A DNA stretch of 63,932 nt, filler included, from Octopus bimaculoides (Eukaryota), in assembly GCF_001194135.2 (NCBI RefSeq). It is 8 parts of 5 records of this genome, joined end to end, with 100 filler letters (N's around TTAATTAATTAA, not from the genome) between each part and the next. Parts side by side here need not be neighbours in the genome. Positions count along the whole stretch, not along the records: positions 15,191 to 28,735 come from NC_068996.1; positions 28,836 to 35,036 come from NC_068981.1; positions 35,137 to 43,221 come from NC_068981.1; 5 more parts are not named here. The stretch is one strand, 5' to 3'. Under the pieces are notes generated by a model. The model was not told where the DNA came from, did not search any database, and saw only the letters and a program-made list of their open reading frames with translations. Every line of letters starts with the position of its first letter. The stretch's first letter is position 1. Positions 25,739 through 37,399 of this stretch are shown here, in pieces. Made by a program: the position numbers and the translations under genes.

Positions 25739-26317
25739 ATAAATAACACAGTTGGGTAAAGGTTTATAATTCCTTCAGTCATTAAACCATAGGTATTTCT
25801 ATTTCGGAGCTTACCTAGGGCTAGACGGCAGCTCAACAATCAAAAACAGTAAACGGCAGCAAAAAAGATGGCTGTTTCTTTCTGGGTCGTCTGTTCTAGT
25901 CTTCGCTTTATTACTCTCACTTCTCTCATCGTAGCACAGCTGCATATCTCCAACAACTTTCATTATCTCTCCGCTCCCATTAACTACCGTCATATTGCTA
26001 ATTGCATATTGCCCTCATTATGCGTTGTGTTCATGAAAGGAGTTAACTTCCTTTACATGTGGTTTCTATCAAATAATAGATAAAGTAAAAGCACGCAATC
26101 TCTACCATATAAACACACGCGCACACACATGAGGGCAATTGTTTCTCAATACGCCCACACCTATGCACCTCATGTAATATATACGCATGCATACAAAAAT
26201 ACACATACATAGATGCATATATAGTAGAACACAATATTAGGCATAGGAATAATAGGGAGAAGTATGCAACGTAGATAGGTACTTATATGTATATATACAT
26301 ATATATGTATGTGTGTA

Positions 26318-26348
<31 letters not shown>

Positions 26349-26619
26349 NNNNNNNNNNNNNNNNNNNNNNNNNNNNNNNNNNNNNNNNNNNNNNNNNNNN
26401 NNNNNNNNNNNNNNNNNNNNNNNNNNNNNNNNNNNNNNNNNNNNNNNNCAATATATAATATAAAATAAAAATGGATGGTACTATGAAATAAAGTATTGGA
26501 TGTCTTATTTAATATATGGAATATGTCTTATTGAATCGATGAAATATTGAGTGTTCAATATAAAGGATTAAATATATAAATATGTATGAATAAATAAACA
26601 CATGTAGATCATAAATGTA

Positions 26620-26937
26620 CTTGCAAGAGATCTGATGAGGTTGTATATCCGTATTAGAAATCAATGAGAGTATTAAAAGATGCACATACTGAATGTAGAG
26701 CGATAATCCAAATAGATGAAATAAATGGTGGTATAAAATGATTTTAAGAAGAATCTTCAACAGGAAGAAAAGCTGATGGCCGTTTCGAGAATATGTAGGT
26801 TGAGATGGGCGAATTATTTCCAACTAATACCACCATTTCATTTATTTGGATTACCGCTTTACATTCACCATGTGCATATTTTAATACCCTCATTGATTTC
26901 TAATACGGATATACAACCTCATAAGATCTCATGCAAG
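26620..26937. repeat. inverted repeat, ~115-bp arms (26620-26734 / 26827-26937)
   Basis: Opposite-strand translations match (LISNTDIQPHQISCK vs LISNTDIQPHKISCK). Confidence 0.85.
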
Positions 26938-26972
<35 letters not shown>

Positions 26973-27978
26973 ACTGCACCCGTGTGTGATGTGAAGTTTC
27001 CAATGCTGTGAAGCATATTGTGTGGTTAAGAACGGTGACTTCTGAAATTTGTCCTCTCTTTCTTGATCATATATNNNNNNNNNNNNNNNNNNNNNNNNNN
27101 NNNNNNNNNNNNNNNNNNNNNNNNNNNNNNNNNNNNNNNNNNNNNNNNNNNNNNNNNNNNNNNNNNNNNNNNNNNNNNNNNNNNNNNNNNNNNNNNNNNN
27201 NNNNNNNNNNNNNNNNNNNNNNNNNNNNNNNNNNNNNNNNNNNNNNNNNNNNNNNNNNNNNNNNNNNNNNNATATATATATATATATATATATACATATA
27301 TACTAGCAATCCTCAGTACAGCTTGATGGTGTTCCCCCTATTATCCTCTTCCACCCCACCTTATCCACCACAAGACCCTACAAAAACCAGATCAACCAAA
27401 CACCTGACTAATCAAATAGTCTTTATGATTATTTTCTCCCAATGCTCAACATCCTCCCCCACCAACATAACATAGCAACAACAGTTTACCTAACAGACTG
27501 AAATCTGTCATCCCGATGTGGGCAACATCTCTAAAAACAACGATGCAAACTGCAACAACAGTTTTCCTGTAACATCAGAAGGGATTCACTTAAGAAACGC
27601 TGACATCAACTGTGGTAAGTATGGAAGGAACAACAGCAGCAGTGTTGGTAGCAACAACACTACTTCGAGAGTACAAAGATAGCCTGAACAAGGAACATGA
27701 CAACAGCTAGGACAGCAGCGACGCAGATCACAACAAAATTACTATTGCCACAGACAACAACAACGCGGATCACAACAAAGCTACCATTGCCACTGACAAC
27801 AACACCAAAGGTGGTGTGTAAAGCATCTAATTTACTGGTAGGTTAGTATACCACATCTATACCACAGAAATAGGGGTATAATGCAAATTACAAACAATAA
27901 ATTAAATAGAGAGATTCAATTGAGAATCTAATAATTTATTCATATTTATAATATAACATAATATGCTATGAATATAAT

Positions 27979-28320
27979 ATAATATAACATAAAATGTTAT
28001 TAAAAAGCTAAAAGAGCCAACAATTTGTTTCGACTTATATACATTATTTGATTAATAAACAATTCGTATCCATTTATATAAGTCTCTTCATGGCTTTGGT
28101 TCAAAAGGCAGACGAAATTCCGTGTGAAAGGACGGCTGGATTGTAAAAAAAGTTTTGCAATCCAGCTGTTCTTTCACGCGGAATTTTGTCTGTCTTTTGA
28201 ACCAAAACCATATGGAAACTTATATACATGGATATGAATTGTTTATAAATCAAATAATGTAAATAAGTCGAAATAAATTGTTGGCTTTTTTGATTTTTAA
28301 TGATTTTTTAATTATATTAT
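27979..28320. repeat. long imperfect palindrome, ~170-bp arms, 4-nt loop (AAAG, 28149-28152)
   Basis: Arms aligned by eye; the inner 54 bp has 6 differences. Confidence 0.92.
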
Positions 28321-28429
28321 CAAGTAAATCTGTATTTAATTTATTGTTTATATGTATGTATGTATATATACATATGTATGTATATGTATGTATAGATATA
28401 TACAATATATGTATATATATATATATATA

Positions 28430-28735
28430 ATAATATTAGGGACAAAATCCAAAATTACAGGTAAAAAAACTCAATTAAAATCAATTTATAAAAAATTAAA
28501 ATTAAATTGAGCCTTATAGATAAAGTATATATAAAATATATAGTTTTAGGGAAAATAACCAATTTTCAAGAACTCATCGATGAAAATCCACTATCACATA
28601 TAGAAAAATTAATAATTAAAAGCACAATAAATGAGTATAATATAAAGTAAAGTAAATATCATAAGATAAATATAATAAAAAGATTACACGTGTTTCATAA
28701 CCAATTTTCAAATAGAAAAGAAATTTAAATCGATT
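28430..28735 (-). mobile_element. AT-rich PLE-like tail, truncated by a gap
   Basis: Internal duplication (ataaccaattttcaa twice) and a GAAA-CACGUG-UA hammerhead-like 3' half next to the gap; family assignment inferred. Confidence 0.4.
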
Positions 28736-28835
28736 NNNNNNNNNNNNNNNNNNNNNNNNNNNNNNNNNNNNNNNNNNNNTTAATTAATTAANNNNNNNNN
28801 NNNNNNNNNNNNNNNNNNNNNNNNNNNNNNNNNNN

Positions 28836-29268
28836 AGACTTTCCTCTCTGGGCAATCTCTCATCAACTTCTTCAAGTATCACCTGAAGAGGAAGTTGAGA
28901 GTAGAAAGGGAAGTCTTGTCTAGTGAATGCTTCAAGAAAAGATGGGTGAATGTAGCAAGGATGGCATGTGTGAACGACGGAGCCATCGTGAGCATAACCG
29001 TAGGCTTTTCTTTCCCCGGCTAAACCTAAACTGTCCTCCCCTCTTTTTACACGAGAACATTACTGTGTGATACACGATCCCTATTGATCGGCCTTTCCTT
29101 TTTTTTTTTTTCGATCCCTTTTGATCGAACTCCCCCTTTTTCCCTTCCTACGATCCCTTTTGATCGACACCACCCTTTTTTTTCCCTTCCTTCCCCCTCC
29201 CAAAAAGAAAAGCTCTACATTGTATTTGTCCCATCTTCGTTGAGCCCTGTGTGGCTAATAAAAGAAAT
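28836..29268 (+). mobile_element. 3' end of Tx1/L1-like LINE ORF2, 3'UTR with AATAAA, then (TATC)n
   Basis: TFLSGQSLINFFKYHLKRKLRVEREVLSSECFKKRWVNVAR resembles Tx1 ORF2 C-termini (RxER...F..RW); the tail runs into (TATC)n ~29269-29335. Confidence 0.6.
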
Positions 29269-29269
29269 G

Positions 29270-29336
<67 letters not shown>

Positions 29337-29939
29337 TTATCTGTCTATCTGTATGCATTATTGTTTATACTGTTATACCTACTTACATCAGTATACACTT
29401 TTTCTTGTATATTAATATTTAATTATGTCTATGTATTATCATTATCTTATTACCTTGTTTTTGATTCATTACTTTCAATCAGAAGATAGCATGTGTATCC
29501 CCCCACATACTCCATACGTAAGTGGCTTGAGTGGTCTTTATAGAGACCACCCAATAATTAATTAATTAAGTATAGATCAGGTATTAAATTGATTCTACAT
29601 AATAGTAATCTTCCTTTTAATGTTTAAAATTGATCCATATACACCTTTTAGCTAACTTGGTTATGATATCACTTCCTAGAATTTGAAAAATTCTATTTTA
29701 TTCTTATCCAACTTAATAATATTGTTTATAAACGTTCTCCCACTGAGCCCCTAATAGTTCCCTGAATCTCATTATAATGTCCCAAGTTGCATAGTGTATT
29801 CCCCTTTAACTGGTAACAGCATCATGAACTAACGTAACCCCTACCCCACCTCTTCTATAGACAGTTACTTCTATCTAATTGACTCTTTCTAAAGTTTTGT
29901 TTCTTTTTCTTATAGGTGGAGAGGGTACCTGTGACAGTA

Positions 29940-30330
29940 CTTATGACCAATAGCCAGCAATGAGTTGTCACCTCTGCTCTTTATTCTAAATATACACAAT
30001 CTTCTAGGATTACGCTGGACTCTTCCGTTGATGAGAAATGGCTCCAGTACACCACGACGCTTGAACTTTTTGAACATTTCTGAATTTTCGTATTTTCTGC
30101 TTTTTCCTATTGTTTTTTCGTTTTCTTACTCTATTTTCTCTCAATCCGAGTCACTAAAACTTTTAAAAAATTTTCTCTCTCTGTTTATTTCTGCGCTCCT
30201 TTCTGTTGAAGAGCGTAGGCTCGAAACGTAAAAGACTTTCTCACTTCCCGAGCGTTAAACTAATACATCTGTTTGTTGTTTACACACCAGTCTTCGTCTT
30301 TTGTTTTGTTTATTTTGTAAATTCCAACTA
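29940..30330 (+). mobile_element. PLE-type 3' tail / pseudo-LTR
   Basis: Shares ~130 bp with 20280-20430 and contains a hammerhead-like fold. Confidence 0.6.
30199..30234 (+). ncRNA. variant minimal hammerhead ribozyme (CUGUUGA core)
   Basis: CUUU-CUGUUGA-A-GAGC-GUAG-GCUC-GAAA-CG-UA-AAAG: 4-bp stem I, 4-bp stem II, palindromic ACGU stem III, GUA site; A6 is replaced by U. Confidence 0.6.
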
Positions 30331-31052
30331 TATATATGTGTGTGTGTGTGTGTATGTAGGAATAGATGCATAGGCTACTCCATGTATATAATATTTATAA
30401 TACAATAATAGTCTCGCTTCTCTCTCTGTCCACATCTCTCTCTGTCCACTTCTCTCACTGTCTTTTTCTTTATTACAGACTATCCTCAAATGAAGATAAT
30501 TTGAATACAATTTATTTAGAGAAACAAAATAATACATTTTCAATTTATTCAATTTATTCATTGAATTCACTAATGCAGTGCAAAGAAAAATATAGTTTGT
30601 GTTTTATTATTGGCAAAAGTTTATTTTCTGCGCACTCACACGAAAAAATATGGCAATGAATATTTCACTCTCAGATCAACGATAGTCCCTGGGAATGAAA
30701 GAAAAGACAAAAACGAAAAGACTGGTATAAGTAAGAGAAAAATAACAAAATATAGCTACAGATTTACTTAGATGTTCAATTATTAAAACTTAATTCTGTA
30801 GTTATCCTTTTTCGATTTATTGAATGTAAGTCCTTCTAGCACTGGAAACAGCTTATGTCTGAGGTAGGCTAACCACTTTACAAACTCCTTCAGTTAGTAA
30901 AATACTCAATTCTGCTGTTCGTAAGTTAAATATATTTGCCACTTAAATACTGGTTGTATATACAACAACATTGTAACTGAAAAAGACGCTATAGAGGCGA
31001 ATAACAATAATCCACAGAGAGTTATCGTTTATCACATTCTTTATGTATGAAA

Positions 31053-31429
31053 GGAGGCGCAATGGCCCATTGGTTAGGGCAGCAGACTCGCGATCGTAGG
31101 ATTGCGGTTTCGGTTCCCAGACCGGGTGTTGTGAGTGTTTATTGAACGAAAACACCTAAATCTCCACGTGGTTCCGGCAGGGGTGGTGGTGAACCCTGGT
31201 GTACTCTTTCGCCACAACTTTCCCTCACTCTTTCTTTTTGTTTCTGTTGTACCAATATTTCAAAGGAGCCAGCCTTGTCACACTCTGTGTCACGCTGAAT
31301 CTCTCCAGAGAACTACGTTAAGGGTATACGTGTCTGTGGAGTGCTCGGCCACTTGCACGTTAATTTCACGAGCAGGCTGTTCCGTTGATCGGATCAACTG
31401 GAACCCTCATCGTCGTAACCGACGGAGTT
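31053..31429 (+). mobile_element. full-length tRNA-derived SINE, family C
   Basis: ggaggcgcaatggcccattggttagg (A box), ggtttcggttccc (B box); the body matches 61525-61891. Confidence 0.9.
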
Positions 31430-32289
31430 CTACGTATATGATGTATGAAGACGTTTTGCTTGATATTTCACTGAAATACTACGTTAATATTGCGGACAAG
31501 GTTATCATAAAAATCCTCTCGACTTTCATCTTCTGCTACAAATATTGTTAACATACACACTTATATTCACCATTGTGATAGTTTTTATGCAAGAATCCTC
31601 TCTGCTAAAACTAACAACTGATTCTCCTTTAAACCAGCTAGAAATATACATCATAAAACCTTGATTGGGAAGGTTGATTTTGAAGTCATCTAAATATTAG
31701 TTATTTAAATATTTAAATATAAAGTATTTAAATATAAGTCATTTAAATATTCTTCAATGCATATATTGAACGTTCAGAATATGAAATAAAATAGTTTTAA
31801 ATAAACAATTTTAGTTAAACAACATTGAAATATTGTTTATTAAGCTTTTGCCGACTAAATTTCATTTCTTTATCCAATTAATCCCCTCTCCCACCTATAC
31901 CCCCGAATATAACTTCTATTTTGCTGGAATATTTTCTGACGGACTGTTGAATAAATTTCTAATTATTTCAAAGATTCATTGTATTTAAACTGACTATATT
32001 CTTCTTTTTATTATTATTATCAAAGGTAGTATTTTAAAGGAACGATTTATGTTTGAAATTTTGCTATCATGCAGTCAGCAGAGCTACTGGTAACGAACTA
32101 GTACGTTTTGTTTGTAATGAGCTGTATAAATCATGTGAGATTTTATAATTAGTGAAGCGATTTTCTTTTGCAGCTGATGTCAGTGTATTTATTTTCTTAA
32201 AGGTATTTTAGTAGTTTCTAGTAAAACTGCTTTCTAATATAATCATGTGGCAGATCATTTTGTGCTAGTTTATTTACAACAGCTACCAA

Positions 32290-32571
32290 TATTCTTTTCT
32301 ACTCTAGGCACAAGGCTCGATATTTGTGGGGAGGGGGCCAGTCGATGAGATCGACCCCAGTACGCAACTGGTACTTATTTTATCGACCCCGAAAGAGTCG
32401 AAAGGCAAAGTCGACCTTGGTAGAATTTAAACTCAGAACGTAAAGACGGACGAAATACCGCTAAGCATTTCGCCCGGCGTGCTCACGTTTCTTATTTCTT
32501 TATTGCCCACAAGGGGCTAAACATAGAGGGGACAAACAAGGACATACAAAGGGATTAAGTCGATTACATCG
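32290..32571 (-). mobile_element. SINE family B plus the tail of a second copy
   Basis: ggcacaagg...gaccccagtacgcaactggtac...aagcatttcgcccggcgtg. Confidence 0.88.
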
Positions 32572-32581
32572 NNNNNNNNNN

Positions 32582-32628
<47 letters not shown>

Positions 32629-33559
32629 CACACATACGCACACACACACTCAGACACACACACTCACACACACATACTCACACACAATGACATGCATGCA
32701 TATATAAAATACAGTTAATTCTATTCCATCTGTAACATATACCGGAAATAAATCGGGCTACACAAGGGAAATAAATCGTGTCGAACTCCGACAGCTGAGC
32801 AAAAGTTTAGAATTTTATAGTTACTCTTACTGAATTCCAAATGTAACTGTCTCGATAGAGTTAGAAATAAAAAAAGAAATACTCCAGCCAACTATGAAGC
32901 TCTGGTTTACAACTCCCCAACGACACCAGACAGGATTTTAGCATTAATCAAGTGAAATACCTCTATAAGCACAAACGTATATTTCACTATCTGTAGCATC
33001 AGCAGAATATTTCTGCATAGGGGAAAAAAAAAATCTTTTCACTTGTAGAAAATAACAATGCAGCTGCCATCTGGAAGATAGAAGTGTATAGTGAAATATA
33101 TTGTCACACGGAAATATAAATCCCGCAACTTTGACGTTATTTAAAACGAAAGCCAAAAAATGGGAAAAAATGATGAACGCGCTAGAATAAAATATAGAAA
33201 GCAGAAAATAAATATTCCATGTAGAAGACATGGAAATAACGATAGAAATATATTGACATGATGTCAGCACTGTACTTGTCACTGAAGGATCTTTGGTGCA
33301 GTAAACCATGAAATTAAGGAGCTAAACACAAACCGATCTTGAATATTTTAAGAATGAACAAGGAACCTTCAAGATTATTCTACCTATAAGAATTAGTAAA
33401 TGAAGTCTTATTCAACCACACTATAGAATTGGCCACTAATTCCCTCTCTTTCTCGCTATTTGATTTGTTCTTATTTCTATTCTTGAATTTTCACACCGTT
33501 TCAGTGTCTTTGATATTTCCAGCTTTGATTAACATCTCGCTATGCATCTAATACTTTAT

Positions 33560-34260
33560 GAAATACACATCACAGCAGTGATGGTGTGTTTTGCATTTAA
33601 CAAAATTCTGTTCCCTTCCCTCCCTGATAAATAGATCCTGTTTCAGGGTAGTGTGTCTTAATAAGCTGTGAGCGATTTATTAGTTCTTCAGTCCAGTGCC
33701 CATAGAAAAATGTGCATATCTCATCACTGGCAAAGCTCACATATTAATTGTTCTGGTGATATTATCTATAGTTAGTTTTGCATAGATAATCAGGAAAAGT
33801 ACGTTGATGATTAAATTTCAATTCAGTATAACATTTGATCACTTGTTTTCTTTATTCAAAATTCGGACAGAACTTATGGGATGACCGGATATATTCAAGC
33901 ACACATATATAAACAGCAGATGTCTATTGAAAACTATCTACTGTGTGATTTTAGAAATGTCTTGTAAAGAATTTATGAAAACCAATACAAACATGTAGGA
34001 AATAAAAACACACAAAAACAAACAAACTGTTTTCTGTCTTCAAGGAAGCCAGCAAATATAAAACGACGTCTGAGATAACACGGTTGAGTGGTGGATAGAG
34101 AAAATTATACATGAACCTAATTTTGCTTCAAGAATTAAATAAACTCCTGAAAATTGGATTAGATAATGTCACATTATGTGGTTGACAGGAGAATCCTTCA
34201 TTACATGGCCGATACCTGTGAAGACGATATAAAGTAGGAAAGGAGGAAGAACGACATTTA
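33560..34260. mobile_element. very old R4-like LINE remnants (minus strand ~33560-33800, plus strand ~33880-34260)
   Basis: Faint motifs only: TINM*ALPVMRY on the minus strand; FKEASKY and LHGRYL on the plus strand. Confidence 0.35.
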
Positions 34261-34464
34261 GCAAGATCTCACGAGATGAGAAGTGGAGGTCTCGGTGTTG
34301 AGATTGATTTGTTGTGATTACATTACAATTTCAATGGATTCTCAACAGAACCGACTGGCATATAATGTAGAGGGGAAAAGCAAGTGACTACTATATATGG
34401 GGAGGCTGAGGAGAGTGGATCAATTCCTATGTTTCTTACTACCCATTCTTGGCCTAAATAGTAT

Positions 34465-34895
34465 GGATGTACGTTTGTGTGTATGTGTATGTGTGTGCGT
34501 GAGTGCGTGCCCGTATGTATATATGTATGCATGTATGCATTCCTGCCTGCGTGTGTGTATGCATATATGTCTACTTGCATGTATGCAGGTGTGTATGTAT
34601 GTATGCTTTGTATGTATGCATGAATGTATGTATGCATGCATACAAGAATGTATGTATGAGTGTATCCATGCATATGTATGTATGTATGCATGCATGTACG
34701 TATGAATGTATGCATGCATGCGTGGAAGAATGTATGTATGAATGTATGTATGTGTGTATGTGTGTGAGTATGTATGTGTGTATGTATGCATGTGTGTGTG
34801 TGTATGTTTGTATGCATGCATGGATGAATGTATATATGAATGTATGTATGTGTATGTATGTACGTGTGTGTATGTATGTGTGTATGTATGTACGT
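34465..34895. repeat. compound (TATG)/(TG)/(CATG) repeat
   Basis: Directly visible. Confidence 0.92.
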
Positions 34896-35000
34896 TCTCT
34901 CCTGTTTCTAACTGTTTGAATTCTTCCTCTGAAGAAAGAGACGTCTTTAACAAAGATACAAGGCTCCAACGTCGGAATACATACATACATACATCCATAC

Positions 35001-35036
<36 letters not shown>

Positions 35037-35214
35037 NNNNNNNNNNNNNNNNNNNNNNNNNNNNNNNNNNNNNNNNNNNNTTAATTAATTAANNNNNNNN
35101 NNNNNNNNNNNNNNNNNNNNNNNNNNNNNNNNNNNNATTTTATTTTTACCCAGTTCTTGGTAGAGTTTTTTGGGGTTGGATTTGAACTGTTTGTTTTGTT
35201 CAAAGAAACGTTGG

Positions 35215-35830
35215 CGTTTCTCATATCGGCGGATCCTTTGTGCTTTCCAATTTCTATTTCAAGATCTTTGTAGTTGCTCAGTTTTTGGTAGGTCTTGACA
35301 GATACATTTATGTCGATTGAGACAGTCATATCAATGAGGAGGCATGATTTTTGTCTGAAGTCTTTCAATATAATGTCTGGCCTATTCGCATCTATCTTTC
35401 TGTCAGTTTGAATGGTGAAGTTCTAGGGGCATGAGATGTGATCATTTTCAAGCACTAGATGTGGTTTGTGTTCCCACCAGTTTTTTTTTATCATGGGGCA
35501 GGTCCAGGTTTTCGTAAATTACCCAGTGAATATATTCTGCTGCTCTATCATACCTGTTGAGGTACTCTGTAGGCGCAAGAAGACTGCACATGGAGGTAAC
35601 ATGATCAATGGTTTTATTTTGTTGTTTACATACACGACATGCTGGGCTTTTGTTGGCCATCTCTTGGCTAATATCTTGTATGTCCTGGAGGTATCTCTCT
35701 TTAGATTGTTTGAATAGTTCTGCTTCAATCCTTGCCACCCGTATATTCTGCGGCATACATTGTATCGGTTGAAAAATTATAGGTTTTTTATGCGAAGTTA
35801 ATACTTTTTCTAGAACACCATTTTTCTCAT
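35215..35830 (-). mobile_element. R4/Dong-like LINE CCHC and REL endonuclease fragment
   Basis: CRVCKQQNKTIDHVTSMC (zinc finger), KDFRQKSCLLIDMTVSID...KLSNYKDLEIEI (PD-D/ExK REL region). Confidence 0.9.
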
Positions 35831-35939
35831 TGTACTTCACAATCCTTTCTCCTAGAGCATTTTTAGGGGTTGGGTTGGTGGCAGGTTTTGACTTGGGGTG
35901 GATTGGGGAGTTTTTTCTGTATGTTTGCGTTTTGTGTAG

Positions 35940-36960
35940 ATGTCTTCTTTGTCAGAAGAGGGGAGTCTGGGGCATGGGTTTTTTCTTTTATGTGAAACCA
36001 CTATAGTAAATTCCATTTCCTCTTCGGCTTCTTTCTGTTGTGTGTTTTCTACGTTTTATATTTTCCGTTCTTCCGTTTTTCATGTGACGCTTTCTGTGAC
36101 GTTTTCCGTCGCTTTCTTGTTACTTTCTTTTTGGGGAACGACTTCAGCCATTTATGTTGCTTTTTTACTTTTTCGTACTCCGAGCGGAAGTTCCCGTTTT
36201 CTCTATATTTAAAGCATCGCAGATACTCTAGCGCTTTGTCCCTCCCCTATAAAAATGCGGTCTGGCCTTGATTTGAGTATTTCATTTGAGGCTTGAACTA
36301 CCATCTCGAGTATTTGGCCTTTCCAGTTTAGAGCCTCTCGCTTTTTCATTTGGAGTATTATCGTTATTTCTTCTTCTGCGTCGTAAATTACAGCTGCTGC
36401 CATCCATGTTACATCGTAACCAGCTGGTATCTCCTCTATTGTTATTTTTGCAGTTCTCCGGCCTAGGTAGGTCGGGAGCAACATTATCTCATCATTTTTT
36501 AGCGTCTGAGTCGATATTTCTTTTGCTATTTCAGCATTCTCGAATTGCGCCTCAATAGTGGCGCTTCTTGGTCCTCGACCGACATAGATAATTTTTACCC
36601 CATATGGGGGCGAGGCACTTCTCTATAACCTCATTCTTCACTGACATTATTCTTTCTTTTTTCTTTACGGTTGTATATACTCCCGTTCTAGCAGTTAAAT
36701 TTTGTATCATATCCTGTGGTGACAGAAGTTTTGTTTCATTGCCACTTTTCTTTATAAGGTTTCGAAACTTAAATAATTGTTCCTTAGATACCTTCAGTTC
36801 ACAGAAATTGCCACCAGCGGCAGCCGAGAAACTTTGCTTTTCCTTTCCTTCCTGGTTACAAACTTCATTACTTTCTTTCATCGCCGGGAAATCCTCCATT
36901 GAGAACAGAAAATCGACATTCGACAACAAATTCAAATCCATTTTTACAAATGGCCTCCGA
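35940..36960 (-). pseudogene. gag-like ORF1 (L1/Tx1-like), copy 2, disrupted
   Basis: ORFs 36552-36941 and 36209-36484, plus a degenerate knuckle in another frame (RCFKYRENGNFRSEYEK, cf. CxxCxxxGHxxxxC) and a K/E-rich tail. Confidence 0.7.
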
Positions 36961-37399
36961 ATAACAGAAAAATCGTAAATATTTTTGTCAAAATGACAAA
37001 AATTAATTTTTTACCCTGCAACGGGTCCAAAAAAAAAAATCACAAAAATCGGTCCGTAGTGCGAAAATTTTCGTCAAAACAACGACAAAAGTTCAATTCC
37101 AACAAGAGCACAACCGTAACAATTTCAACAGATAATCAATAACAAAAATACATTAACCACATAAACTCACGAAGCAGTAGCAGCCGAATGGCGTAGACGA
37201 AAAAGGCGTTTTCTCTATATTATAAGCATATAGCTTCTAGAAAGAAGGAACGATCAAAGACAGACAACACAATACAGTGGGGTACTTAAATCGAATGAAT
37301 ATGAATATAGTGATATAATGAGATTGCGCCCCATACGCAAACAGTGGCATTTAACTGTTTATGCAATTCATGTTCGTGTACAGTTTATGGGTCTTTATT

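Noticed and set aside
26630-26665. CTGATGAG...GAAA on the + strand
   Set aside because: No stem II closing next to GAAA and no NUH or stem I partner.
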